A stretch of DNA of 63,789 nucleotides, the filler included, from Octopus bimaculoides (taxonomy: Eukaryota): NCBI RefSeq assembly GCF_001194135.2. It is 6 parts of 6 records of this genome, joined end to end, with 100 filler letters (N's around TTAATTAATTAA, not from the genome) between each part and the next. Parts side by side here need not be neighbours in the genome. Positions count along the whole stretch, not along the records: positions 19,753 to 36,276 come from NC_068981.1; positions 36,377 to 58,714 come from NC_068995.1; 4 more parts are not named here. The stretch is one strand, 5' to 3'. Shown here one piece after another: positions 24,455 through 36,377 of the stretch. Each line of letters opens with the position of its first letter. Within the stretch, counting starts at the first letter, position 1. The notes beneath the pieces are model-generated. The model worked only from the letters and a program-made list of their open reading frames with translations. It did no database searches and was not told the origin of the DNA. The position numbers and the translations under genes are program-made.

Positions 24455-25937
24455 GTATATATGTATATATGTATAGGTATATATATATTAACCCGACATA
24501 TTTCAAATCGTTAACAAGATTTGCTTCATTGTTTTTGACTTAACTGCGCTTATGGATAAATTAGAACTGTGATGAAAGAAGAGACTATTTGAAAGCTAGC
24601 AGAATTTCTTTGAACGCTAAACCCACATAAATTTCAAATAATTTGTGAGCAAATGTGCAACAGTATTAACTGTAATGATCATGTGTAGAGATTCTAAATG
24701 GCTTAATAATACTATTAAAATGTGTTTACTTACAGCAGGTACCTTGACTGTAATGCTCGATTACTTCGAAATGAATACGGATTACTTGTTAGTAAATATA
24801 GTCAAAATCAGTATAGCCTTATTTTCAAATAGAGTCTGATTATGTTCACTTCTCGATGTGATATGCGGTCTTAATGATATTGGCTGCCTTGACTTTGCTT
24901 AGACATAACGAAACTACCAAGGATAAAGCAAGTTATTGTTTTTCAACAAGAGTAAAAGGAAGTAACAAAATTTCGGAAATGCATTTTTCCGTTGAGTTTG
25001 TAAATCCGGAGGTAATCGATTATATTGTACTTTTGTGACTGACATAATTCTTGGAAAATCGGTTAAAAGGAACAGGATATATATTCAATTGATTTTGTAT
25101 TAACTCGCGTTGCATGGGAGCGGTGTTTGTGATTAACATTGATTCATGTGTACAGGAAATTACGAAACATTACGTTTCAAATCTTTATTTGAATAGTGTC
25201 TGTGTATGTTAAGCAGCAAATATTTTTTGTTTTCAAATTTCAAAGAATACATTTGAATAAGGAGGATACATTATGTGAAACGCAGCATTCAAGGAGCAGT
25301 TAGCTAAATTGAATGTTGGACGTCAAACCGGGAAGATCCGATTACTAATATAGAATATAGTAAATAAATATTTCCATATTGTCTCTTTCAAAGTAACCTA
25401 TTTAACTATTTCAAGACAAAGAGTGTTTTGGTTTGTTATATTTCGGGATGGTCATTTCCCTTTTTTTTTTACCGATAAACAAACGTACTATATATTAGTT
25501 CTTCACTTCAAATTTATTATTGTTCATATTTTACGTCCTTTGTCTGGAAATCTTTCGTCACATACTCTATGACCTCTCAGCGCCACTCCATCCCACGTGT
25601 CTCCCCTCCCCTGTTCTGATTAATGCAGTATTTCAAAAATAGCACAATTCCTCTCTCACTAATAAAAACATTTAGTAAATTTTGGCAGGAGTTTTCTGTC
25701 GTGTATTTTCAACTTTTTTATCTGTTTTGTGTTCTGTTTGACAACATTTACAAATGAAATAGTGAGCATTTAACACAGAAACACTTTTACCATATGTTTC
25801 TGGCGTGTTGATATTTTATGTGTGAATGAAACTTTGGACATGTATGTTTTTCTCAAATTATAGACCTTTGGATCTATTGTATTTTTCCCATTGAATTCAG
25901 CATTTTCCCTTCATTTCCATTCACACATACCGCATTC

Positions 25938-25999
<62 letters not shown>

Positions 26000-26719
26000 G
26001 TCTGTCTGTCTGTCTGTCTGTATGTATGTATGTATGTATGTATACAACTAATTTAGAGACGAACCACCACTCTACAATTCAGTCAACTCAAAACCCGTCC
26101 AAATCCATGCTGTGAGACATATACCATCTTAATATATCTAATATTTTAATCTGAAAATTTAAATTAGATAACATATTACATAAATAAATCATATAAATTA
26201 TAGAAATAAATCATAGAAATATTAATTTAAAAAATTTAAAAAGTCAAATTTATCAATTGGACAGTAAAAATTAATACGATAATATACAGTATGGAAGTAT
26301 AAATGTAAAACGTTAGGGCTTGTACATAGACTACGCGCGTTTCATGGCTGAAACAGGACTATATAAAATCATAAGCAAATTCTATCCGAGTTCATTAGAA
26401 CGGGGAAATGATTTTACTCCCAAAATCAGTCACCCTTCAGGTCAAATCCCTAAGAAAATACCTAAAATTCTTCAAGAAATAAACATAAACATGAAAAATA
26501 AAAATATAAATAATGAGACAAAATCTGTAAACTAATCCCTACATTAACGGTATTACTATAATTACTAAGAGTTACAATCTAAAAATATTATAGTATTATA
26601 GTAAACAAGGTTAAAACGTAATCATAGGTATTCCAATTCATTAGAGAAAAGTCTAATTAGAGAAAAGTCTAATTCTTCCATTGCATGTAACACGGGCAAC
26701 GCCGGGTATCTCTGCTAGT
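25938..26719 (+). mobile_element. Non-autonomous Helitron (3' end clear, 5' end approximate)
   Basis: The 3' terminus CACGGGCAACGCCGGGTATCTCTGCTAG|T at 26691-26719 has the GC-rich subterminal hairpin plus CTAG. The (TATC)n(TGTC)n(TATG)n tract at 25938-26042 is typical near 5' ends. Confidence 0.65.
26327..26445 (-). ncRNA. Degenerate type I hammerhead motif with long stem II (A9>G)
   Basis: Minus strand: TTGAC-CTGAAGG-GTGACTGA…TCAGCCAT-GAA-ACGCGCGT-A-GTCTA. Palindromic stem III ACGCGCGT, GUA cleavage triplet, stem II 7 of 8 pairs. Confidence 0.55.
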
Positions 26720-26759
26720 ATTCTATATATGTACGTATGTATATACGTATGTATGCCTG

Positions 26760-27065
26760 TATAAATGTGAGATAATAGTTTCACTTTAATAGTTTCAGTA
26801 TTAAAGTGAAACTATTAAAGCGAAAATATCTGACATTACAATAGAGAGATATTGTTTCACTTTTCACACGTAATACTGCAATAGTGGAGGAGATGTCATA
26901 TTGTACTCGGCTCACACTAGGCAGGAAGCTAAAATATTTTTGACCTAAAACACTACATGGACACTAAGTAGGGCATGTGTAAAATTTGAATGAAATTGGT
27001 TTTGTAGTTCTTTAAGTTTTAGGAATTCACACAGACAGACACACATTCTCACCTCTATATATATA
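26760..27065 (-). mobile_element. Helitron/HINE-like non-autonomous element, 5' part
   Basis: The minus strand starts TATATATAGAGGTGAGAATGTGTGTCTGTCTGTGTGAATTCCTAAAACTTAAAGAACTACAAAACCAATTTCATTCAAATTTTACAC, a layout typical of such elements. Confidence 0.55.
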
Positions 27066-27575
27066 TATATATATATAATGTGTTTATTTTGGGAAGTCCA
27101 GTGTGTGGCATTATTCTGTAGTAATGCCCCTTATATATATATANNNNNNNNNNNNNNNNNNNNNNNNNNNNNNNNNNNNNNNNNNNNNNNNNNNNNNNNN
27201 NNNNNNNNNNNNNNNNNNNNNNNNNNNNNNNNNNNNNNNNNNNNNNNNNNNNNNNNNNNNNNNNNNNNNNNNNNNNNNNNNNNNNNNNNNNNNNNNNNNN
27301 NNNNNNNNNNNNNNNNNNNNNNNNNNNNNNNNNNNNNNNNNNNNNATTCATATATTAACAGTTTAGACCTTAATTGTAAAAAAGGCGTGGAACATTTATT
27401 CTATATTCTATGCTAATTTAGTTAATTGTAAGAGAGAAGTTTAAATGTAATAAAATGTTTTGAAAGAAATTTAAAGTGCCTACTTGATAATTGTAAACCT
27501 ACTTTTGGGTCACCCTATACGTATATGCGTGTGTGTATCTGTCTATCTATCTGTGTATCTGTCTATCTATATATG

Positions 27576-27627
<52 letters not shown>

Positions 27628-30616
27628 CATCTATCTATTTATTTATCTATCTATCTTTCTGTCTATGGTTGTTATCGGTCTATCTATCCATTCACCTATC
27701 TAATAGCCAATGATTCCCTCTACGTATACATCACAACATTATTTTATGGAAGCCGAATGTACCTTAGTAGCTACGTATGTAACACAAACAAACAGTGAGT
27801 AGCTAACCATCTATGTAACCATTGATCAGTTCACTCTGTCCTCTAATCTTACACGTCCCCTCTATCTATGAAGCTAAACATCTTCCGTAATAGAGTGTAT
27901 GAACAAAGTTATTATACTCTTATAGCTCTATAAAGCTTAATTTTGTCTTGATGGCCGGGCTAACGCATATAATCTGCAATGTGTATGCCATTCGTAATGG
28001 AAGACGGTGATACTTTTGCTGCTGATGAAGATGAAGCTGGAGTTGATGGTGATGATGTAAGCTATTATAATAAATGAAAACAGAAAGAGATGGTGGTGAC
28101 GATAGCAGCATTGGCAGAAGTGATAGTGAAGCTTGTTGCGACGTTGCCATTAATGGTAGAAACACACATACACTAAACCGTACCAGTTATACAAAGATAA
28201 ATATTTTACATATATCTATATACTTAAACATAGAGAAATAGGGGCATATATCTGATTATGTTTCTATAGCGGATTACGTCGTCGATTTCAACATATAAGG
28301 CTACAACAGCCTTACATAGCTATTTTACTATAAGCATAGCTTGTTTATTTAAATAATTCAGGATTGTGTAGGATTACGCACACTTTTGGAAATGTTCATA
28401 GAAGAAAGTTTGCGCAATTTTTTGGCCGCAAACACAATGAGCAACATATCTCAAGCATTATTTTTTTCCATCATATTGTTTAGCTACCATTGCTAGGGCT
28501 CAGAGACCAACTAAATCTGGTAGTCTAAATGCACTTCTGGGTAACAAATCACGAATATAATATAAATAAATTATTGAATTTCAATATAATATCTCTAACT
28601 TTTATTTATCTCTATTATATATATATATATATATNNNNNNNNNNNNNNNNNNNNNNNNNNNNNNNNNNNNNNNNNNNNNNNNNNNNNNNNNNNNNNNNNN
28701 NNNNNNNNNNNNNNNNNNNNNNNNNNNNNNNNNNNNNNNNNNNNNNNNNNNNNNNNNNNNNNNNNNNNNNNNNNNNNNNNNNNNNNNNNNNNNNNNNNNG
28801 TACGCATATACAGATATATATGCATTTATACATACCTACATGCATATATATATGTGTATATGTGTGTATGCGTACGTGCGTATATATATATATATATATA
28901 TATATATACGTACATATAATGCAAATATATACATACGCACACACGCATACACACATATACACGTGGATTTCCTTTTTAGCTCACGATTGTATTACTGTAT
29001 GATTTGTCACATTGCAGTGCCAAGAAAAATACATAAGTGCGTGACATGCTCCTTGACTTAAAAGTGTTGAAAGTCATGTAGACGAAGACTCTTGAAACAT
29101 TGTTGGGGTCGACTATACACTTTTCGTCAATGTCAGCTTCTCAGTAGTTTGCATTGAGTGGCCAAATGTTGACATCGGTGAAACTGTAACATTGCCGGAA
29201 GTGTTTTTGTTTCTTTTGTGGGATTTGTGGAATTTAGAAGAAACTAGAATCTAGTGAAATTCAGTATTTTAGGTGTATGAAATTTTGGCGGTGTCATAAT
29301 TAGATATAACCTAGTAGTTATATTGCAGAGAAAATCGTTTTTTAAGTAGAATGACGTATTGCCAATACAGCGACATAAATTTTCTCTGCGGGTGGTAACT
29401 ACCTTATATTTATTTCTACGTGCGTTGCATGTACGAATATATTGACCCACCTCTCTATGTGTATGGGTTTGCGTTTGTATTTGTATATTTAATTATATCT
29501 TAGCCCCTCTTTCTAGTGTGAGAAAACGTACAGTCACTTGTATGAACACCAATATCATCAGATTTTACTAGCTTCGCCGTTGGTACATTATAATCACCAA
29601 TACAACATTTGGTGTCCCCAATAATAAGCTGTAGTTTTAATTATAATATCACGCCAGCAGCACTTTGAAATTTCGATGTGAACTACAACAGCGACACTAC
29701 TACCATTAACACAATATTGTCATCATCATCATGATCATTGTCATCAACATTTTTCCGATTACGTTGCAAAAAAAAAGAACATTGCAAGATGTCTCACCAT
29801 CGTCATTATCGCTGCCACCTGCTAACATTCTCATCTTCAACTGTCGTAATCCGTGTCATAAACAGCACTATCTCTATCTGCATCACCATCTCCATTGTTA
29901 CCACCACTATCACTTGCACTACCTTCACCGACACTTCTCACAATTTTGCAAGCCAACACCAACACCACCCTTGTCACCGTTATCTTACACACTCGTTTCA
30001 CTCTGTGTATTTCTCTGTCTATCTTTTCGAACAATCTCTCTGTACTTGTTACAAGACAATACCATTTTACTTACCCATCTCAAAAGGATCTTCAATTTAA
30101 CACAATATTTATTTGCAGATATCACAATTTTAAAAGATACCAGTTAAAACTTCAGCATGTGCATGCCTAAGGTAACAATCTCCTTATAGACACACAGAGA
30201 CAGACAGAGACACACACATACACAAACACACAGAATATACAAACAGACAGACAGACAGACACATACGCACACACAAACACACAGAATATACAAACACACG
30301 TGGGTATATTGAGTGAGAAAGATATACATTAATATAAAGAGAAGTGGGTCTATCTTAATGTCTGTCTTTCTCACTCTATATATCCACGTGGACCATTTAC
30401 ACTTAATCCATTACTTCGACATAAACGTATCATTCAAAATACTCCCTGGATTTACCTGGGATTATACCTTCATGGAAGTACGGATCAACCTCCAAACCCT
30501 CTGTAAAAAGATGCACTGTGAACTTTATCCTCCTGTCTGTATTCTATCTACTTTTACCCTTTATTCTTTATAAAGTACGAATTTCCCTGTCTAGAACTTC
30601 CATACATACTCACCTT

Positions 30617-30691
30617 GTCTCTGATGACGGAATACCCAGTGTACGGACATGCTAGCCTATCACTTGGGATACCTAGAAACAGCTGCAAGAC
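30617..30691 (+). ncRNA. Degenerate type I hammerhead motif (U16.1>C), probable PLE pseudo-LTR
   Basis: GTCT-CTGATGA-C-GGAATACCCAGTG…CACTTGGGATACC-TA-GAA-ACAGCTGC-A-AGAC. Stem I is GTCT/AGAC, stem II is long and imperfect, and stem III is near-palindromic (ACAGCTG[T>C]). Confidence 0.55.
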
Positions 30692-30972
30692 TTCAAATTC
30701 ACCTTAACCTAAATTATCATAAATGACTTGAGATACTCATCCTGCCTTGCTGTTTGTTGTCCTTTTTTTTCTAATATATACCAGCTAACAACACTGAAGC
30801 CTAATACGGATCCCTAGCTCCAGCTTCGGCTGTGAACTTGGAACCTACCGGATAACCAATTATAGCACTTAGCATACCTATTCTTTTAGATCACAAGTAG
30901 ATTGAGGCCCTTATATATATATATATATATAGATATAGATAGATAGATATATATATATATACATACATACAC

Positions 30973-31025
<53 letters not shown>

Positions 31026-31156
31026 CAGAGTGTTAGAAACACCTATAATGCTAGAAATAAGAGTTCAAATGCTCTAAAACTGTAGTCAAAGCACATAATT
31101 ATATGCATATATACTGACAGAGACTATAGTCACAAGAAAAACACCGGTTTAGAATT

Positions 31157-31207
31157 CCTCATACGGACTAGTCAGTTTCGGCAATTTTCGTTGCCTCATC
31201 AGTAAGG
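31157..31207 (-). ncRNA. Type I hammerhead ribozyme with intact catalytic core
   Basis: Minus strand: CCTTA-CTGATGA-GGCAA-CGAAAA-TTGCC-GAA-ACTGAC-TA-GTCCGT-A-TGAGG. Stem I has 5 pairs (one G-U), stem II 5 bp, stem III 5 of 6 pairs; GUA cleavage. Confidence 0.85.
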
Positions 31208-31704
31208 ACTTGCTCGACTTTGATTGATTCTGGACTGAATTCTCTGTCAGTATATATGTTTTCACCATAAAAATCTATGGATGATTTCGGTAATTGCTAA
31301 TGTGTATACAGAAAATTAACGTAGACAGCAGCATACAATATTTTACCAAAAAGGAAAACTATAATTTTCACTAAATATGACTAGGGCTTTAGAGACACCT
31401 ACGTTGCTCGATAGTCCCTGTCACTATATATGTGTACAATTTTGTGCTTTGGCTATAGCATTAGAGCATTTTAGCGCTTATTTCTAGTAATGTAGGTGTT
31501 TGTAATACCCTAGTCATATCTAGCACTAATAATTATAGCTTTCCTTTTCGGTAAAGCATTGCAGACTGGTGTCTATATTAATTTTCTGTATCCACATTAG
31601 CGATTTGTTAAACCATCAGTAGAGTTTTATGGTAAAAACTGGCAGAGAATTCACTCTATATACAGACCGAGAATTCACTCTAAAATCTGCCAAAGTCGAG
31701 CCAG

Positions 31705-31746
31705 TCTTATTGATGAAGCAACGGAAATTGACCGGTCAGTTTAGGG
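31705..31746 (+). ncRNA. Inactivated paralogue of the 31157-31207 hammerhead
   Basis: CTTA-TTGATGA-AGCAACGGAAATTG-[CCGAAACTG deleted]-ACCGGTCAGT-T-TAGGG. C3>U plus a 9-nt deletion removing GAAA. Confidence 0.75.
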
Positions 31747-31976
31747 AATTCTCGATAGGTGTTTTCGAGCGATTATAGTCTTTGTCAGTATATATGTACA
31801 CATTTATGTGCTTTCACTACAGCATTAGAGTATTTTAGCTCTAATTTCTAGCAATGCAAGTGTTTCCAACACCCTCGTCGTAGTTAGTGACAATTATAAT
31901 TTTCCTTTTTAGTAAAACATCGCATACTGCTGTCTGTATTAATTATATATCTATATTATTCTAAAACTCGAAGTTT

Positions 31977-32312
31977 GTTTTCCTGCTATTTGATTAAGAT
32001 GATAAAGATTACCATTAAAATAGTAATTTATCCCTTTAAGAATAAAAAAAAATTAAATTAAAAATGTCGACACTGAAAGAGTCGTCAGTAGATACTGCTG
32101 TCCATCCTTTATTCGTACTGTCATTTTCCTTCCCTTAATCATTTATACAACATTCGATTCCCAATGGACTGAGAGATAGAAATTCTCCCTATATTTTTAT
32201 GAGATATTGTTTAAATTACACGTACTTGATATTTTTTCTTAAAGGGGAAAATTACAATCTTATTTGAAATAAAATATTAATCTTTATCATCTTAATCAAA
32301 ATGCAGAAAAAC
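31977..32312. mobile_element. MITE-like element with ~70-bp imperfect TIRs
   Basis: Perfect 23-bp inverted repeat TTTGATTAAGATGATAAAGATTA (31989-32011) / 32278-32300, extendable on both sides. Confidence 0.7.
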
Positions 32313-32476
32313 AGAGAGACTATCGCTTTATAGACGAAGATCTGTTGCAATGGGGGGGGGGGTTGAATCTCATATGCAAAAACAAACAACAAATGGGTTT
32401 TACCTTATCATGAAACTCTTTTAAGAAGATTCATATGCCACTGCCACGTTGAAATCTTTGCCTCAGTAAGGTCATT

Positions 32477-32639
32477 TAAGGATATATGCCCGTGGTCAAT
32501 TAGGGAGTGAATTTTAGGGCTTATAAATCTAATATTTTTCTATCCTTCCTTAATACCGGTTCCCATATGCCAGTTCCCAGGTTTGAAATTTCCCCAAGAC
32601 ACCTGAATATCGATTTCAAGCAATGACCTCAACAATAAC

Positions 32640-32709
<70 letters not shown>

Positions 32710-32860
32710 TCGAAAGATACCCTAGGAATGAGAACCCAGCTTCGAAAGTTCTCCAAGACACCTGAAGAAGGCTGGAGGGTATATTAACCGAAACGTTGTA
32801 TTAACAACAAACTAGATGAGAACAAATATCCGTCGAATGTAAATAATGTAAATAATGAAC
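32477..32860 (+). mobile_element. Rearranged Penelope pseudo-LTR (same family as 44001-44845): inverted EN-end/tRNA-head piece + tRNA 3' remnant + (AAT)n + HHR
   Basis: 32477-32567 is the reverse complement of 44520-44602. HHR GACAC-CTGAAGA-A-GGCTG…TAACC-GAAA-CGTT-GTATT at 32757-32802. The terminus …GATGAGAACAAATATCCGTCGAATGTAAATAATGTAAAT matches 44806-44843. Confidence 0.85.
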
Positions 32861-33293
32861 TTTTGTAATATACGTATGTCAATGGCAATATAACTGCTTT
32901 AAAGCGTTTGGTACTGCTGCAGTGGACTGACAAATAAAATACTTCTTAATCAGTAGGATACATATTTACTACTTGTTCTGACTCATGGCACACTTCCTGT
33001 TCTCACGACCTTTCCTCAACTAAGATGAGATAGACGCTTTTGTAAATGAGCTTTTCTAGGACAATAACCAGTATCAACTTGGGATAAAAGAAGAAAAAAA
33101 CTGGTAGAAAGGCGACGTCAGACGATGCTACACGATAGCTTCTCCCTTGAATGCGAGACTTCTTTTGTTGTAACTTGAAGAATAAAGCAAATAAGTTAAC
33201 AAAATATTACAAAATGTTTGACTCAACACTATAAAACAAGAAAAACATCTCCATACCTTGTAAAACAGAACATAAAACAAAGCTAGTTCTGTA

Positions 33294-33375
33294 AACATTA
33301 GACGATAACACTACAGTTTGACGATAACATTACAGTTAGATGATAACACTATAATTTGGTGATAATACTACAGTT
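33294..33375. repeat. ~19-bp minisatellite, ~4 units (GACGATAACACTACAGTTT)
   Basis: Direct reading. Confidence 0.75.
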
Positions 33376-33539
33376 CAAAACACCTAGATGGCACTGGCTG
33401 AAAAGAGGAAACCAATGTGATGAGTGCTATACCATTTGGACCTAAGCTTGATTAACCAATGTGCAGTCACCTAAAAGCACATAAATGTGAAACAAGATGC
33501 GAACAAATAGTACTCGAATACCGGAGGTAGAGTAATATA

Positions 33540-33670
33540 CTTTATTATTAAAGCTGTAAAAACATCACAAAAATATCACAAAACAGAAACTTCCCGGCGA
33601 ATGGAAACGTCAAACTCTGAGTTGCAACTTTTGGGATATTTTGTGATGTTCTTGCAGCTTTAATAATAAG
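33540..33670. repeat. Imperfect inverted repeat (~42-bp arms), probably a PLE pLTR inversion
   Basis: CTTTATTATTAAAGCTGTAAAAACATCACAAAAATATCACAAAA versus TTTTGGGATATTTTGTGATGTTCTTGCAGCTTTAATAATAAG. Confidence 0.75.
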
Positions 33671-33967
33671 NNNNNNNNNNATATATATATATATATAACA
33701 AGCAAATTAGCTAGTTATAAAATCTCTATAAGAGATGAAAGCAGTAACTATACTGGAATGGTCACTTCAACATGCCCACTTGGAAAGAACAGACATTACT
33801 ACCATTTTAATCCAAGGTGGACACCTCCCCCAGCTGATTATTCGATACAATCTGCACCCGCTATTTATTGTGAGCAGGGAAGAGAACCCCTACTACGTTT
33901 TAGCCATGAGACCTTATCTATAGCGTATCTATAGCGGACGAGACTCCACCACCGAGTATCCGCACAG

Positions 33968-34006
33968 GTTTATAACGTTTCGGGCATGCCGCTTCTTCAG
34001 AAAGAG
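33968..34006 (-). ncRNA. Minimal hammerhead motif, intact core, weak stem I
   Basis: Minus strand: CTCTTT-CTGAAGA-A-GCGGCATGCCC-GAAA-CGTT-ATAAAC. Palindromic AACGTT stem III, near-palindromic stem II; embedded in a CT-rich pLTR-like segment (33900-34140). Confidence 0.65.
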
Positions 34007-34135
34007 GAGAGAGGAAACGTCCGAAGAAGGCAAAAATATCGAAGAAAAGCACGTGTGTAGTTACATGGCTGAAGTGAATGGAATTGGAAAGAGATGGAGA
34101 AAGTAGTTTTAAAGGCAGATGAATGCGAAAATGGC

Positions 34136-34170
<35 letters not shown>

Positions 34171-34980
34171 GTAAAATTGTGAAATTGTGAAATTTTCGCC
34201 AAGAACGGATTGTATTTTTAAACCATGTGTGGTTTTCTGGTATTATGTTTATTTTTTTCCTGAAGATGTATAAAGGAATTTTGATTTATTAAGCCTCTGA
34301 ATGAATTCTTTATACTGAAATATATATTGAAGATATATATGTTCATTTAATATATACGTTTTTGCGTCGTAACTCCTTTTTTATTATTATATATATATAT
34401 ATATATACATACATACATATATNNNNNNNNNNNNNNNNNNNNNNNNNNNNNNNNNNNNNNNNNNNNNNNNNNNNNNNNNNNNNNNNNNNNNNNNNNNNNN
34501 NNNNNNNNNNNNNNNNNNNNNNNNNNNNNNNNNNNNNNNNNNNNNNNNNNNNNNNNNNNNNNNNNNNNNNNNNNNNNNNNNNNNNNNNNNNNNNNNNNNN
34601 NNNNNNNNNNNNNNNNNNNNNNNNNNNNNNNNNNNNNNNNNNNNNNNNNNNNNNNNNNNNNNNNNNNNNNNNNNNNNNNNNNNNNNNNNNNNNNNNNNNN
34701 NNNNNNNNNNNNNNNNNNNNNNNNNNNNNNNNNNNNNNNNNNNNNNNNNNNNNNNNNNNNNNNNNNNNNNNNNNNNNNNNNNNNNNNNNNNNNNNNNNNN
34801 NNNNNNNNNNNNNNNNNNNNNNNNNNNNNNNNNNNNNNNNNNNNNNNNNNNNNNNNNNNNNNNNNNNNNNNNNNNNNNNNNNNNNNNNNNNNNNNNNNNN
34901 NNNNNNNNNNNNNNNNNNNNNNNNNNNNNNNNNNNNNNNNNNTATATATATATATATAGATAAATAGATAGATAGAGAGG

Positions 34981-35042
<62 letters not shown>

Positions 35043-35457
35043 TATTCGAAGTCAAGAAGCCTATAAGCAACCACCTACTGGCAAATAACGACAAATAACA
35101 ACTAGGCGTAACCGAGTTTATTGTACGAGTTAGTTTCTGAGAAGTCACCCGGCCAGTCACATCTGCTCCGAAAGCTGCACCATAACCAGTTGTATACTAT
35201 CTCACTTGCGAAGGATTGATGAAAGATGAGTTAAAACGATTATTGTGATTAATAGAGAATCTCCTGAATTCTTGAATTCTATTTTATGTTTCTCTCATTT
35301 GTTATATAGTCAACGACTACGGAGGAATTCTTGAAGTAGATCCAGTGGCATTTATAGTGTGAATGATTCTTGATAGTGATAGACAGTGAACGTGCTTTAA
35401 TCGGCATACGACCATGTGTATACGCACGCTTTAATCAACTTCCCATATATATCATTT

Positions 35458-35857
35458 GGAGGCCCAATGGCCCAGTGGTTAGGGCAGCGGACTTGTGGTC
35501 ATAGGATCGCGGTTATAGGATCGTTGTTTCGATTCACAGACCGGGCGTTGTGAGTGTTTATTGAACGAAAACACCTAAAGCTCCACGAGGCTCCGGCAGG
35601 GGATGGTGGCGAACCTTGCTGTAGTCTTTCACCACAACTTTCTCTCACTCTTACTTCCTGTTTCTGTTGTGCCTGTAATTCAAAGGGTCAGCCTTGTCAC
35701 ACTTTGTGTCACGCTGAATATCCCCGAGAACTACGTTAAAGGTACGCGTGTCTGTAGAGTGCTCAGCCACTTGTACGTTAATTTCACGAGCAGGCTGTTC
35801 CGTTGATCGGATCAAGTGGAACCCTCGACGTCCTAAGCGACGGAGTGCCAACAACAA
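35458..35857 (+). mobile_element. Full-length tRNA(Arg-like)-derived SINE, family C, with (CAA)n tail
   Basis: Head GGAGGCCCAATGGCCCAGTGGTTAGGGCAGCGGAC…GTTTCGATTCACAGACC (A and B boxes); ends GGAGTGCCAACAACAA. Confidence 0.88.
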
Positions 35858-36240
35858 ATATATATATCATATAATCAATCGCTTGGTGGTGCACATCATG
35901 TATGCAGTCATCAAAGGGTTATTTTAAAAAATCACATTAAACTTTGAAGCACTGTATATAATAATGTATTCTAATATGTCCCAAAAGTACTACGCTGAAG
36001 GTGAGAGGCGTATATAGGAACTAAACTTTCGTTATATTTTATGTTGTCTAACATTAGTTAAAAATTATAGGAAAACACTACGTTATATCTTTTATGATCA
36101 CTTATTTCGTGATGTGATATGTATTTCGTTGAACAGAGTGTCACGTATGCTAAATTGAATACAATGACAATCACATTATTCAATGAAAATCTTTGCGTAA
36201 TTTACGGATGTTTTGTAGAAACACACACACACACACACAC

Positions 36241-36276
<36 letters not shown>

Positions 36277-36377
36277 NNNNNNNNNNNNNNNNNNNNNNNN
36301 NNNNNNNNNNNNNNNNNNNNTTAATTAATTAANNNNNNNNNNNNNNNNNNNNNNNNNNNNNNNNNNNNNNNNNNNNT

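Larger units (their letters stand above)
31022..31935. mobile_element. Retrozyme-like non-coding ~360-nt repeat: one unit on minus (31022-31400) and ~1.4 tandem units on plus (~31405-31935), head to head
   Basis: The TAGTC..TGTCA.TATATATG…GTGCTTT…GCATTAGAG block recurs at 31412 and 31776 (period 364) and in reverse complement (period ~356). Each full unit carries an HHR. No ORF. Confidence 0.8.

Noticed and set aside
26320-26560. Hydrophobic minus-strand frame suggesting a NUMT
   Set aside because: No recognisable mitochondrial protein motif; better explained as an HHR-bearing pLTR fragment.
29731-30170. His/Thr-rich ORFs of 91-138 aa
   Set aside because: Decayed (CAT/CAC)n trinucleotide tract, open in several frames at once.
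33294-33375. Repeat array as a CRISPR-like structure
   Set aside because: Contiguous ~19-bp units with no unique spacers, in a eukaryotic context: a minisatellite.
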